Shown here piece after piece: positions 46,340 through 54,556 of a stretch of 60,539 bases of DNA. The stretch's first letter is position 1. The number at the start of each line of letters is the position of its first letter. The notes below the pieces were generated by a model, which did no database searches, was not told the DNA's origin, and saw nothing but the letters and a program-made list of their open reading frames with translations. The position numbers were made by a program, and so were the translations under genes. This DNA is from an uncultured Candidatus Saccharibacteria bacterium (GTDB taxonomy: Bacteria > Patescibacteriota > Minisyncoccia > Phycocordibacterales > UBA918): positions 1 through 60,539 of the forward strand of contig CAZQIF010000004.1 in the NCBI GenBank assembly GCA_964593375.1, in the 5' to 3' direction.

Positions 46340-47584
46340 CTAGAAAGTAGGTGTTGCTATATAGGTAAGCGTAGTGTTGTAGTCATCACCCGCTTCCTGG
46401 AGTGCTGTGATCTCGATTCGATATCCAATGCTTGCTCTACCAATTCCAGCAGTTGTTCCATCAGCAGGCCCTGTGTGACCCATGATGACTGCAGGCGAGG
46501 TACTCGCAGCAACCCATTGATTGCTTCCGAACTCAAGAGTACGTGGTGTGTCATTGTCGGATGATGTAAGACCCCAGTGTCCCCACGTGTTCTCATTGAG
46601 CACGTTGTTCGTTGGTGACTGCCACCCAGCTGGTGTTACAGTCCAGTTTCCATCTATGAATCCGTCAATATCAGCACCTGTTGTCGAGAGCAGGTTTTGA
46701 TCCTGTTCAACGGTGACTACATAACCGTGAATAGCGTTTGTCGCAACGGTTAGGTCTTGACAAAGGGTCTTGGCGTTTGCTGGACCCGCCGCAACTGTTC
46801 CGAATGGAAGTGTTGTGTTGGTTGATACAGCAGAGGTTGAACTTGCTCCGTTACATGTTACTGCGGTTGTGGTTCCAAGAACTGCAAACGCAAATGTGGT
46901 ATCTACGTTAGCGGTGACAAGGACATTCTCGATAATTGCTACACGAAATTGTCCTGAATCAGCTGCTCCTGCGGTAACCGTGAATTCATACGAGGTGGTG
47001 GCTGTATGATTTGTAACACGATTTACTCCACCGTTTGCATTTGTACCAATTTTAATGGTAGCTGTCGCAAGTGCTGGGAGTGATTCAGAAGCTCCTGCTT
47101 CAAGCGTCAAAGTTTGACTCGTAATGTCTACACCCCATTCTGTAGCTGCTGGTGTAAGACCGTTCACAAGTGTTTGATCAACTCCACTGATTTCAAGATC
47201 AATGTCGCCGAACGCAACTGAACTTGTACTGATGTTGAATCCGTTTGGGAACACCACCGTAATGGTTTGGCCTGCTGCCACACCAGTCGGTGATAGGAAC
47301 TCAATCTCATGGTTTGAGAGAGATCCAGGGTTCGAGTCTGAGAGGGTGTCTTTAATGTAAGTGAGGTTACCTGCCTCAGCTACATTAAACATGTTGGCAC
47401 CAACTGCCCAGAGTACAAGCGCTATTGCAAGTAGGGTCGCGATCCCGCGTTGCATAGTAGCCTGTCGTCTAAAAACGTACATGTACTTTTGTATTAAATT
47501 TATAAATAACTTATACGTGTGCCCATCACATCGTATTTCGATTGAGGAAAGTCTGTGGAGAGATAGTACCTTAAGTCGTACCAA
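46340..47584 (-). CDS. Secreted beta-rich surface subunit, WxL/TasA-like (tentative); paralogue of 8791..9927
   Basis: 414-aa ORF; likely start is M44 at nt 47455 (MQRGIATLLAIALVLWAVGANMFNVAEA). N-module YIKDTLSDSNPGSLSNHEIEFLSP..GQTITVVFP. Internal LTVATNAIHGYVVTVEQDQ and WGHWGLTSSD. C-terminus EITALQEAGDDYNTTLTYIATPTF. Confidence 0.8.
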   Translation of the reverse strand: MVRLKVLSLHRLSSIEIRCDGHTYKLFINLIQKYMYVFRRQATMQRGIATLLAIALVLWAVGANMFNVAEAGNLTYIKDTLSDSNPGSLSNHEIEFLSPTGVAAGQTITVVFPNGFNISTSSVAFGDIDLEISGVDQTLVNGLTPAATEWGVDITSQTLTLEAGASESLPALATATIKIGTNANGGVNRVTNHTATTSYEFTVTAGAADSGQFRVAIIENVLVTANVDTTFAFAVLGTTTAVTCNGASSTSAVSTNTTLPFGTVAAGPANAKTLCQDLTVATNAIHGYVVTVEQDQNLLSTTGADIDGFIDGNWTVTPAGWQSPTNNVLNENTWGHWGLTSSDNDTPRTLEFGSNQWVAASTSPAVIMGHTGPADGTTAGIGRASIGYRIEITALQEAGDDYNTTLTYIATPTF

Positions 47585-47776
47585 AAATATGATACAGCCG
47601 TTTTACTTAAGGTCATATCGGTGACTTTTTGTTCCTCGATCGACCTTATATAGTATACGACCTTTTACCACACGTGTCTTACATGAAATGTTGATAACTC
47701 TATATATTTCGTTCTTTTTTTGCATGTGGATATGCACATTTTCAAAGACAGTAACGGTCACATAATGGACAGGCTT

Positions 47777-49024
47777 TTATATGGCTTTAACACGAGCTAT
47801 TTCACACCACTGTGTCGTATACTCCGGTGATTTTAGTTTTCTGCTTTCCTGCCATTTTTCTGGGTTAAGGACCACTCCAGGACGCACCGTTCCACTCCCA
47901 AATCGGAGATTGAGCTCATCAAAAATTTCATACAGTTTCGATTGATTTTTTGTTTCTGCTTCAAAGAGTGATGTTGGTACAAATGCACTAGGAACAATTT
48001 GCGAAAATATCACACCAGCTTTTTTATATGGAATATTCAGGTCGTATACTGTTTTAAAAAGAGTAAGGGCTTCTCTTAGAAGCACACTCGTATCATTTGT
48101 TGGTAACGAAAGAGTAACTGACGCGGTGTGTTTTTGATATGCAAAATCACCGAATCTACTCGGCGCAACAAGAATCGTAAGTTGTTGTGCAGTCCATCCT
48201 TTCATGCGCAGTTTTTCAGCAAGGTGTGCGGTGTGATACCCAAGTGCACTTTCCAAAATCTCACGGTTATGAACCTCCTCATGGAATGAACGACTACTCG
48301 TGAGACTTTGATGCTCTACTGTATGCACATCACCTACCTGATACGCTGGTTTTTCTCTGAGTTCCAGATACAGTCGCTCACCCACAACACCAAAATTATT
48401 TCTAAAAAATGATATATCGTGGACCAAAAGTTCACTCACATTTGAAATTCCAAGTTTTGTGAGTGCTTGTGAGGTCTTTCTGCCAATTCCCCATATTTTA
48501 CCGCATGGAATTTCAGGTTGTACTTGCTTCCACGTATCGCTACCCATAAAGTAAGTGCCATTTCCACGTTTTGCGTACGTACTCGCGATTTTTGCAATAG
48601 TTTTTGTGGCACCCACACCAAAAGACACTGGGATTCCAGTCTTTTGCATGATTTTTCTACGTATTTCTGCGATATGTTCTTCATAAATGTCATTCTCAAC
48701 CTCAAAAAAGGCCTCATCAACTGAGTACACTTCACAGAGTCCAAATTCTGCCTTAAGTGCAGACATAACACGGCTTGAAACATCACGGTAGAGTGGAAAA
48801 TTTGAAGAAAAGAGTGTGATATCGTGCTTTTTGCACATATCCTTAACCTGAAAGTATGGTACACCCATAGAAATACCTAAATCCTTCACTTCTTGGCTTC
48901 GTGCCACAATACAGCCGTCGTTCGAAGAAAGTACCGCTACCGGCTTCTTTGTGAGGTCAGGACGAAAAAGTCGCTCACAGGAAACGAAAAAATTATTGCA
49001 ATCCATGAGTCCAATGCGCTTCAT
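47777..49024 (-). CDS. umuC: Y-family translesion DNA polymerase, UmuC type
   Basis: 415 aa. N-terminus LMDCNNFFVSCERLFRPDLTKKPVAVLSSNDGCIVARSQEVKDLGISMG parallels E. coli UmuC (DVNAFYASCETVFRPDL..VVVLSNNDGCVIAR). SVDEAF and WGIGRK motifs are present. C-terminus WQESRKLKSPEYTTQWCEIARVK parallels WQMKRAMLSPRYTT..LLRVK. Confidence 0.9.
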   Translation of the reverse strand: MKRIGLMDCNNFFVSCERLFRPDLTKKPVAVLSSNDGCIVARSQEVKDLGISMGVPYFQVKDMCKKHDITLFSSNFPLYRDVSSRVMSALKAEFGLCEVYSVDEAFFEVENDIYEEHIAEIRRKIMQKTGIPVSFGVGATKTIAKIASTYAKRGNGTYFMGSDTWKQVQPEIPCGKIWGIGRKTSQALTKLGISNVSELLVHDISFFRNNFGVVGERLYLELREKPAYQVGDVHTVEHQSLTSSRSFHEEVHNREILESALGYHTAHLAEKLRMKGWTAQQLTILVAPSRFGDFAYQKHTASVTLSLPTNDTSVLLREALTLFKTVYDLNIPYKKAGVIFSQIVPSAFVPTSLFEAETKNQSKLYEIFDELNLRFGSGTVRPGVVLNPEKWQESRKLKSPEYTTQWCEIARVKAI

Positions 49025-49059
49025 ACATAAAGTATACCTGAATAAACATCTAAAATTTT

Positions 49060-49150
49060 AAAAGTAAAAAGTAAAAAGTAAAATGGAAGTACACATTCGT
49101 TGCAAAATAAGCGAGGTTTCACCTCGCTTACTTTTTACTTTTTACTTTTT
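49060..49150. repeat. A/T-armed palindrome enclosing a GC hairpin (terminator-like) between the cupin gene and umuC
   Basis: Arms aaaagtaaaaagtaaaaagtaaaa (49060..49083) and ttactttttactttttacttttt (49128..49150). Inner hairpin aagcgagg-tttc-acctcgctt. Related T/A-rich 'ttttactttt' arms occur at 17165..17284 and 40750..40790. Confidence 0.7.
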
Positions 49151-49157
49151 AAATCTT

Positions 49158-49544
49158 CTATTCAGTTGTTACCCCATCAAAGTGCTCTTCATATGCATCA
49201 GCCTTTGTGTGCTCGACCACACCGTCTTTATGTTCAGGAGGCGCATAAATGGTGTAGAGCTTAAGCGGTGTGTTCCCTGTATTTCTCACATTATGCTTGG
49301 TTCCTGCGGGGATTACAACCGCAAACTCAGCTTGTACTCCAGTTGTTACTCCATCGAGCACCACTTCCCCTTCACCCGATTCAAAACGAAAGAATTGATC
49401 AAGGTGGTGTGTTTCTTCACCAATTTCTTCACCCGGCTCTATACTCATGAGCACAAGCTGGCAATTTTTTGCCGTATAGACCACTCTTCGATAATCAGTG
49501 TTACTAAGCGTCTCTTCTCCTATATTCGCAATATATCCTTTCAT
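49158..49544 (-). CDS. Cupin-domain protein
   Basis: 128 aa. Cupin motifs GEEIGEETHHLDQFFRFESGEGEVVLDG and VIPAGTKHNVRNTGNTPLKLYTIYAPPEH. Confidence 0.8.
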   Translation of the reverse strand: MKGYIANIGEETLSNTDYRRVVYTAKNCQLVLMSIEPGEEIGEETHHLDQFFRFESGEGEVVLDGVTTGVQAEFAVVIPAGTKHNVRNTGNTPLKLYTIYAPPEHKDGVVEHTKADAYEEHFDGVTTE

Positions 49545-49644
49545 ACTAATTGTATATTAAAACTCATACCTATAATTTAGAGCCGTGAACTGCTTGATAT
49601 TATTTCATATCCAGCCCTTATACAAAAACTTTCAATTCGGAGTT

Positions 49645-49766
49645 AGAATCGCTTGAATTGAGAAAAATTCGCGGAAAAGCAAAGTTTGCGAATGAGCCAT
49701 ACTTGTTCGTATGGTGAAAAGCAAACTGCTGCTTTAACAAAGAAGTTTTCCAATTCAAGCGATTCT
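49645..49766. repeat. ~122-nt long imperfect hairpin element, copy B
   Basis: Perfect 16-bp outer stem agaatcgcttgaattg / caattcaagcgattct. Central hairpin ccatac-ttgttc-gtatgg. Sequence-related to 10321..10440. Its right end overlaps the umuD stop codon. Confidence 0.8.
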
Positions 49767-50328
49767 AGGCGAATTGACGAACGCTTCCAACCACCACACC
49801 CCACAAAAAACAATCATCATTACCACTCACCTGTATTGGCTCATACTTTTCGTTTTCCGAAGCAAGAACATGAATATCTCCCTTCGCAACAAGTCGTTTT
49901 ACCACGAGTTCCCCGTACACCGCAGCGACCACAATCGATTTGTCCTTTGGATTTAGTGATCTATCAACAACGAGCACATCCCCAGAAAAAATTCCTGCAC
50001 CCTCCATTGAGTCCCCTTCTACACGCACAAAAAAGGTTGATGCGGGGTGTTTAACCACCAAATCGTTGATATCGAGGACCTTCTCAATCAAATCATCACC
50101 TGGAGCAGGGAAGCCTGCTTGTGGGCGAGAACTGTAGAGTGGGACCTGCACATCACTTCCCTTTACCGCGCCAAGCAACGTGCCAACCGCTTCGTTTGAG
50201 TTTGCTTTTTGTGTACTCATATAATACTTACTCCGCTCGAGAGCATGGTATGGACATGGAAGAGGAACGCCATAATGACAAGGAGTCCTCCTGCATACGC
50301 TATTTGAACAGGATTTTGACGACGCCAT
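49765..50328 (-). CDS. umuD: UmuD-type S24 self-cleaving peptidase (polymerase V accessory subunit)
   Basis: 187-aa ORF; likely start is M37 at nt 50220, forming an ATGA overlap with the upstream stop. Cleavage-site-like QAGFPAPGDD. Catalytic GDSM and VVKRL. HPASTFFVRVEGDSMEGAGIFSGDVLVVDRS parallels E. coli UmuD [30 protein letters not shown]. Confidence 0.9.
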   Translation of the reverse strand: MASSKSCSNSVCRRTPCHYGVPLPCPYHALERSKYYMSTQKANSNEAVGTLLGAVKGSDVQVPLYSSRPQAGFPAPGDDLIEKVLDINDLVVKHPASTFFVRVEGDSMEGAGIFSGDVLVVDRSLNPKDKSIVVAAVYGELVVKRLVAKGDIHVLASENEKYEPIQVSGNDDCFLWGVVVGSVRQFA

Positions 50329-51347
50329 TCAATAACAATCGAAAGAATAAGTGCTACAAGCACCAAAGATGCCAAAGCTACATAGACAATTTGGAGCACA
50401 AGACTTGATTCAGTTCCTATACGACCAAATACGTTTGCTTTACTTGTATCTTCAGTTGTTGTATTTCCTGTTGTCATTACCGGGACGCCCGCGCGCGAGC
50501 TCGTTGCCAAATCAGAGTACAGTACTACTGGTTCAGTTTCAGAGTTTTCCATGACAGAGGTTGTTGCGACAATTGGTTCTTCCTCTTCTGGTATTGTTGT
50601 TGTGAGTACTTCATCTTCAATGACCGTTTCGGTAGCTGTATCAATCGTCGCTGGAGCAACTGATTCAACGGAGCTTGAAGATGTATTTTCTTCAAATGCA
50701 ATTTTTTCAACAGAAATAGTGTCTGTTTGTGCAGGAGTAACTTCTGAAGCAACTCCTGCTACTTCTGCCTCCACCAATTTTGCTTGTGCTGGTGTACCAA
50801 AAAGTTGTACGACAAAAATCGTTGGGAAACCCTTGTATTCACCTTTTGCAGTACCAACACCGATTTCGGTATAGTTCCCATTCATAATGTTGGCTTTATG
50901 TGATGGTGAATTCATCCATGCTTTCACTACTTCATCCGAATCGGTGAAGTGAACGGCGAGATTTTCACCGGCATGTATGTAGTTGTATCCAGTCTCATCA
51001 AACCAATGCCACGGCGAAACACCTGTTGGACTATAGTGTGCAAAATAGGAATACTTTGCCATATCATTCGCCTTAAGCTGTGCGGCTGCATCAAGTACAT
51101 CACTTCTCGTGAGTGTTCCCAATTGACCATCTCCACGCTCATCATTCGTACGCTCAACAATAACTGCAGGCAAAATGGTTGACACCATCCAATCTGAACT
51201 AATCCAGAGAAGTGCTTGCAAATTTGCAACCGCAAACGAAAGGAGCACCAAAACGAGCATGATGCCCACCGACATTCGTTCAAGAAAATCGGGTTTATAT
51301 CCGTTTTCCTCGCACGGAATAAAAAGGTCTTTGAGCTTTTGTAGCAT
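50217..51347 (-). CDS. Membrane-anchored CAP/SCP (PR-1/YkwD-like) domain protein with T/E-rich stalk and C-terminal TM
   Basis: 376 aa. TM VGIMLVLVLLSFAVANL. CAP block AAAQLKANDMAKYSYFAHYSPTGVSPWHWF..GENLAV..VVKAWMNSPSHKANIMNGNYTEIGVG. C-terminal TMs. Confidence 0.75.
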   Translation of the reverse strand: MLQKLKDLFIPCEENGYKPDFLERMSVGIMLVLVLLSFAVANLQALLWISSDWMVSTILPAVIVERTNDERGDGQLGTLTRSDVLDAAAQLKANDMAKYSYFAHYSPTGVSPWHWFDETGYNYIHAGENLAVHFTDSDEVVKAWMNSPSHKANIMNGNYTEIGVGTAKGEYKGFPTIFVVQLFGTPAQAKLVEAEVAGVASEVTPAQTDTISVEKIAFEENTSSSSVESVAPATIDTATETVIEDEVLTTTIPEEEEPIVATTSVMENSETEPVVLYSDLATSSRAGVPVMTTGNTTTEDTSKANVFGRIGTESSLVLQIVYVALASLVLVALILSIVIEWRRQNPVQIAYAGGLLVIMAFLFHVHTMLSSGVSII

Positions 51348-51542
51348 TGACTCTATTGTACTGAATTACCCTTGTTACTCCAAGGCATGGGAGGGAAAAA
51401 CCAAATTTTACTGATATTACCCACAGTGAACATTTTTCATGTAACATTTTACTCTGTGTATCCTATATACTACATGAAAGCGAACCTTTTATGGGTGAGT
51501 TATTTTATTATTCATTATTAATTACTAACGTAATATTCAATT

Positions 51543-52631
51543 ATGAAATTATTTAAAAATGGTGCTCTCGCGCTCCTATTTGCGCTCGCGGTACTTGTGC
51601 CCGCAGCAAGCACACATGCAGCAACATCTGTTGATGACATGCTCACACAGATTAAGGCACTCATGGCACAAGTCGAGGAGCTCCAGAAGCAACTCGCAAC
51701 CATCAAGGGTGAAGTGCAGGACGTGCTCAAGGAAGGTCTCTCTGAAGGAATGACCGACGAGGATATTGCAAAGATTCAGGAATTACTCGCAACAGACCCA
51801 ACGCTCTATCCTGAGGGAAAGAAGACTGGGTACTTCGGACCACTCACCAAGGAGGCAGTGAAGCGCTTCCAAGCTCGACATGAGCTCGAAGTAACCGGAA
51901 CCATTGACTCAGAGACTCGTGACCTTCTTGAAGAGTATCTTCATGAAGGATTTGGAGACAAGATTCCACCAGGACTTCTTAAGGCTCCTGGTATCATGAA
52001 GAAAGTGGAGGACCGCTATAAGCTTGGATGTGATAAGGGTGGCCACGGCATGGGTCCACTCTGCAAGAAATTAAAGGGAATGCATGACGACGATTCAGAT
52101 GACGATGACGATTCTGACGATGACTCTGATGATAGTGATTCTGACGATGACAGCGATGACTCAAGTGATGATAATTTCGATGTCGAGGTCGTAATCGACA
52201 ATGGTTCAACCACCATTTCTTTCACATATGAAAGTGACGACTACGAAGTGAAAGTCACCTCAACGAAGCAAGCTGATGTACTTTCTGCTGTTGCAACTGC
52301 GCTTGACACCACGGTGTTAAAGCTTGATTACAAGCTTAAGTCAGAAATCAAGAAGGAGCTTGCTGATGCACTCGACGCACTCGACGATACTGCAAAGGAA
52401 GACGCTGACCAAGCAATCGATGATGCACAAGATGCAATTGATGATGCTGAGAATGCCATCGATGATGCAACAGGAGACACTGACGCAGCAGAGGCACTCC
52501 TAGAGGATGCACAAGATGCAATTGATGATGCTGAGAATGCGTTTGACGACAAAGACTATACGGAAGCTGAGGACCTCGCAAACGATGCTGAAGATCTTGC
52601 AAAAGATGCTCTCAACAAAGTTACAATCTAA
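51543..52631 (+). CDS. Secreted protein with peptidoglycan-binding (PG_binding_1-like) domain, poly-Asp/Ser tract and acidic helical repeats
   Basis: 362 aa. Signal ALALLFALAVLVPAASTHA. GYFGPLTKEAVKRFQARHELEVTGTIDSETRDLL. DDDSDDDDDSDDDSDDSDSDDDSDDSSDD. Repeats DDAQDAIDDAENAIDDA. Confidence 0.75.
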   Translation: MKLFKNGALALLFALAVLVPAASTHAATSVDDMLTQIKALMAQVEELQKQLATIKGEVQDVLKEGLSEGMTDEDIAKIQELLATDPTLYPEGKKTGYFGPLTKEAVKRFQARHELEVTGTIDSETRDLLEEYLHEGFGDKIPPGLLKAPGIMKKVEDRYKLGCDKGGHGMGPLCKKLKGMHDDDSDDDDDSDDDSDDSDSDDDSDDSSDDNFDVEVVIDNGSTTISFTYESDDYEVKVTSTKQADVLSAVATALDTTVLKLDYKLKSEIKKELADALDALDDTAKEDADQAIDDAQDAIDDAENAIDDATGDTDAAEALLEDAQDAIDDAENAFDDKDYTEAEDLANDAEDLAKDALNKVTI

Positions 52632-52650
52632 ATCAAGCACAAGCACAAGC

Positions 52651-52680
52651 AAAAAACCGGCATATGCCGGTTTTTTGTTT
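52651..52680 (+). terminator. Rho-independent terminator
   Basis: aaaaaaccggcatatgccggttttttgttt: palindromic GC stem ccggcat/atgccgg followed by a T-run, 20 nt after the stop. Confidence 0.8.
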
Positions 52681-52720
52681 GTACCTCATTGTAGTATGAT
52701 ACGTACATAATCCATACACT

Positions 52721-53257
52721 ATGAAAACATATTCTCTCTTTGCTGTTTTATTTGTTGCCCTTACCCTTCTTATTCCTCATGCTACACACGCGTATTTCAA
52801 AACCGGCGAATCTTCTTTTACGACTGACAGTAAAACCGCAATATACGCACTCGAATTCACCTTTGGACACAAAGATCATGAAATACTCATGCCAGTGATT
52901 GCAAAGAACACAACTGAAAAATCAAATACTGAACTTGCCTATGAAATTCGTGATGATAAGGGAGAATTAGCAAAGGGAACAACGCTTGGAATTATTCTCA
53001 GTGACGCAAAAATTAAAGACGGCATGTATGTGATTCCAAAGGGAAAAAGTATGAAGTTTACGTTGCTCACCTTCTACACAAAGGGTGCTGACGAAACAGA
53101 TACTGCATTTCGCACACAGGTAACGAGTCTCCCCTTCAACTTCGATGGAAAACAGCAACTACAGTTAAACCCTTCGGAACTCAAATACTACACGACAAAG
53201 TTAATTGGTCTTGGTACCGGCATTGGAGTGACCGCGGTGAATGTCACTACAAAATAG
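52721..53257 (+). CDS. Small secreted protein, unknown function
   Basis: 178 aa. Signal LFAVLFVALTLLIPHATHA, then a beta-rich body. No family recognised. Confidence 0.55.
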   Translation: MKTYSLFAVLFVALTLLIPHATHAYFKTGESSFTTDSKTAIYALEFTFGHKDHEILMPVIAKNTTEKSNTELAYEIRDDKGELAKGTTLGIILSDAKIKDGMYVIPKGKSMKFTLLTFYTKGADETDTAFRTQVTSLPFNFDGKQQLQLNPSELKYYTTKLIGLGTGIGVTAVNVTTK

Positions 53258-53271
53258 TCCATGATCAAACG

Positions 53272-54537
53272 TTAAACGTTGTCACCAGCTACATAACCCG
53301 TGGTCCAGCAGAGTTGAAGTGAAAAACCGCCCGATGGTCGGCTAATATGGAGTACATCACCAGTAAAGTAGAGATTTGGATGGATTTTTGATGCCATTGT
53401 TTTCGTATCAACCTCACGAAGCTCAATACCGCCATCAGAAACCACCGCCCATTCGTATCCCATTGTTCCCGTAATCGTGAGAGCGAGTGCTTTCATTATA
53501 TCTACGAGTGTGTGTCGCTCTTCTTTTGAAATACTATGCACTTTTGTTTCGGAAAGTTTTGCATTGAGTTGTGCAAGCACCGCTTCACTCATACCGGGCG
53601 GAACAATATCTTTCAAAATATTTTTAAGAGTTTTATTTTTGTGCAGTTCAAAATGCGCGAGGACAATTTTTCTAAGTTCCCCTGTGTCGATTTTAGGAAA
53701 CACATCAATATGCGCAATGACTTCCCCATTTTCTAAAAGTTTTTTCACTTCATGTGCAACATTGAGTACGAGAGGTCCTGAAATACCAAAGTGCGTAAAC
53801 AGAATCCCACCCACGCGAGAAATACGATTTTTTCCCTCTCCAAACGTGATTTTCATGTTGGTAAGCGATTTTCCACTCAGTTCTTTTACCCATTCTTCAC
53901 GCACAGAAAGTGGCACCACATCAGGATTTGATTCGTGGACACGATGACCTAGTTTTGCTACCCATCCCAAACCTTCGCCCGTTGAACCAGTGTGCGCATG
54001 AGAGCGTCCGCCAGTCGCAAGCACGTATGACTTCGCGCTAAACGCTCCTTTATTTGTTTGAACTGCAACAACTTTGCCATTCTGAATATTTAAACCCTCT
54101 ACGGTGACACCAGTCATTACCGTCACATGATTCGCCTTTACATATTTCTCCAAAGTTCGCGTGACGTCTGGTGCCGACTCAGATTTTGGAAATGCGCGCT
54201 TTCGGTCTTCGACCATAAGTTGAAGTCCTCGTGACTCAAAAAAATCAAACGTGTCTTGTACGCCAAACTGTGAAAATGGTGAAAAAAGAAAATCTTGAGC
54301 ATCGCCATAATTTTTGAGCAGTGAGCGCGTATCAAACTCTGCGTTTGTGATATTACAGCGACCGCCACCAGTGATTGAAAGCTTTTTTCCGAGTACATCA
54401 TTCTTCTCAAGTAAAAGCACACGCTTACCGCGCTCACCGGCTCTGCCTGCTACCATCATGCCTGATGCGCCACCACCAATCACAATGACATCATATGTTT
54501 CCTTGGACGTTGACATAATGTGAAAACTATAGCACAA
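53272..54537 (-). CDS. NAD(P)/FAD-dependent oxidoreductase, HI0933/BaiN family
   Basis: Likely start is M8 at nt 54516. YDVIVIGGGASGMMVAGRAGERGKRVLLLEKNDVLGKKLSITGGGRCNITN. C-terminal LYFTGDVLHISRPSGGFSLQLCWTTGYVAG. Confidence 0.9.
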   Translation of the reverse strand: MCYSFHIMSTSKETYDVIVIGGGASGMMVAGRAGERGKRVLLLEKNDVLGKKLSITGGGRCNITNAEFDTRSLLKNYGDAQDFLFSPFSQFGVQDTFDFFESRGLQLMVEDRKRAFPKSESAPDVTRTLEKYVKANHVTVMTGVTVEGLNIQNGKVVAVQTNKGAFSAKSYVLATGGRSHAHTGSTGEGLGWVAKLGHRVHESNPDVVPLSVREEWVKELSGKSLTNMKITFGEGKNRISRVGGILFTHFGISGPLVLNVAHEVKKLLENGEVIAHIDVFPKIDTGELRKIVLAHFELHKNKTLKNILKDIVPPGMSEAVLAQLNAKLSETKVHSISKEERHTLVDIMKALALTITGTMGYEWAVVSDGGIELREVDTKTMASKIHPNLYFTGDVLHISRPSGGFSLQLCWTTGYVAGDNV

Positions 54538-54556
54538 TCAATGACTAATTCAAACT

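Noticed and set aside
51348-51542. LexA/SOS box upstream of the CAP-umuD transcription unit (also checked 49025..49157 upstream of umuC).
   Set aside because: The nearest candidate, ctctgtgtatcctatatactacatg, does not satisfy CTGT-N8-ACAG or CGAAC-N4-GTTCG. No palindromic operator could be supported.
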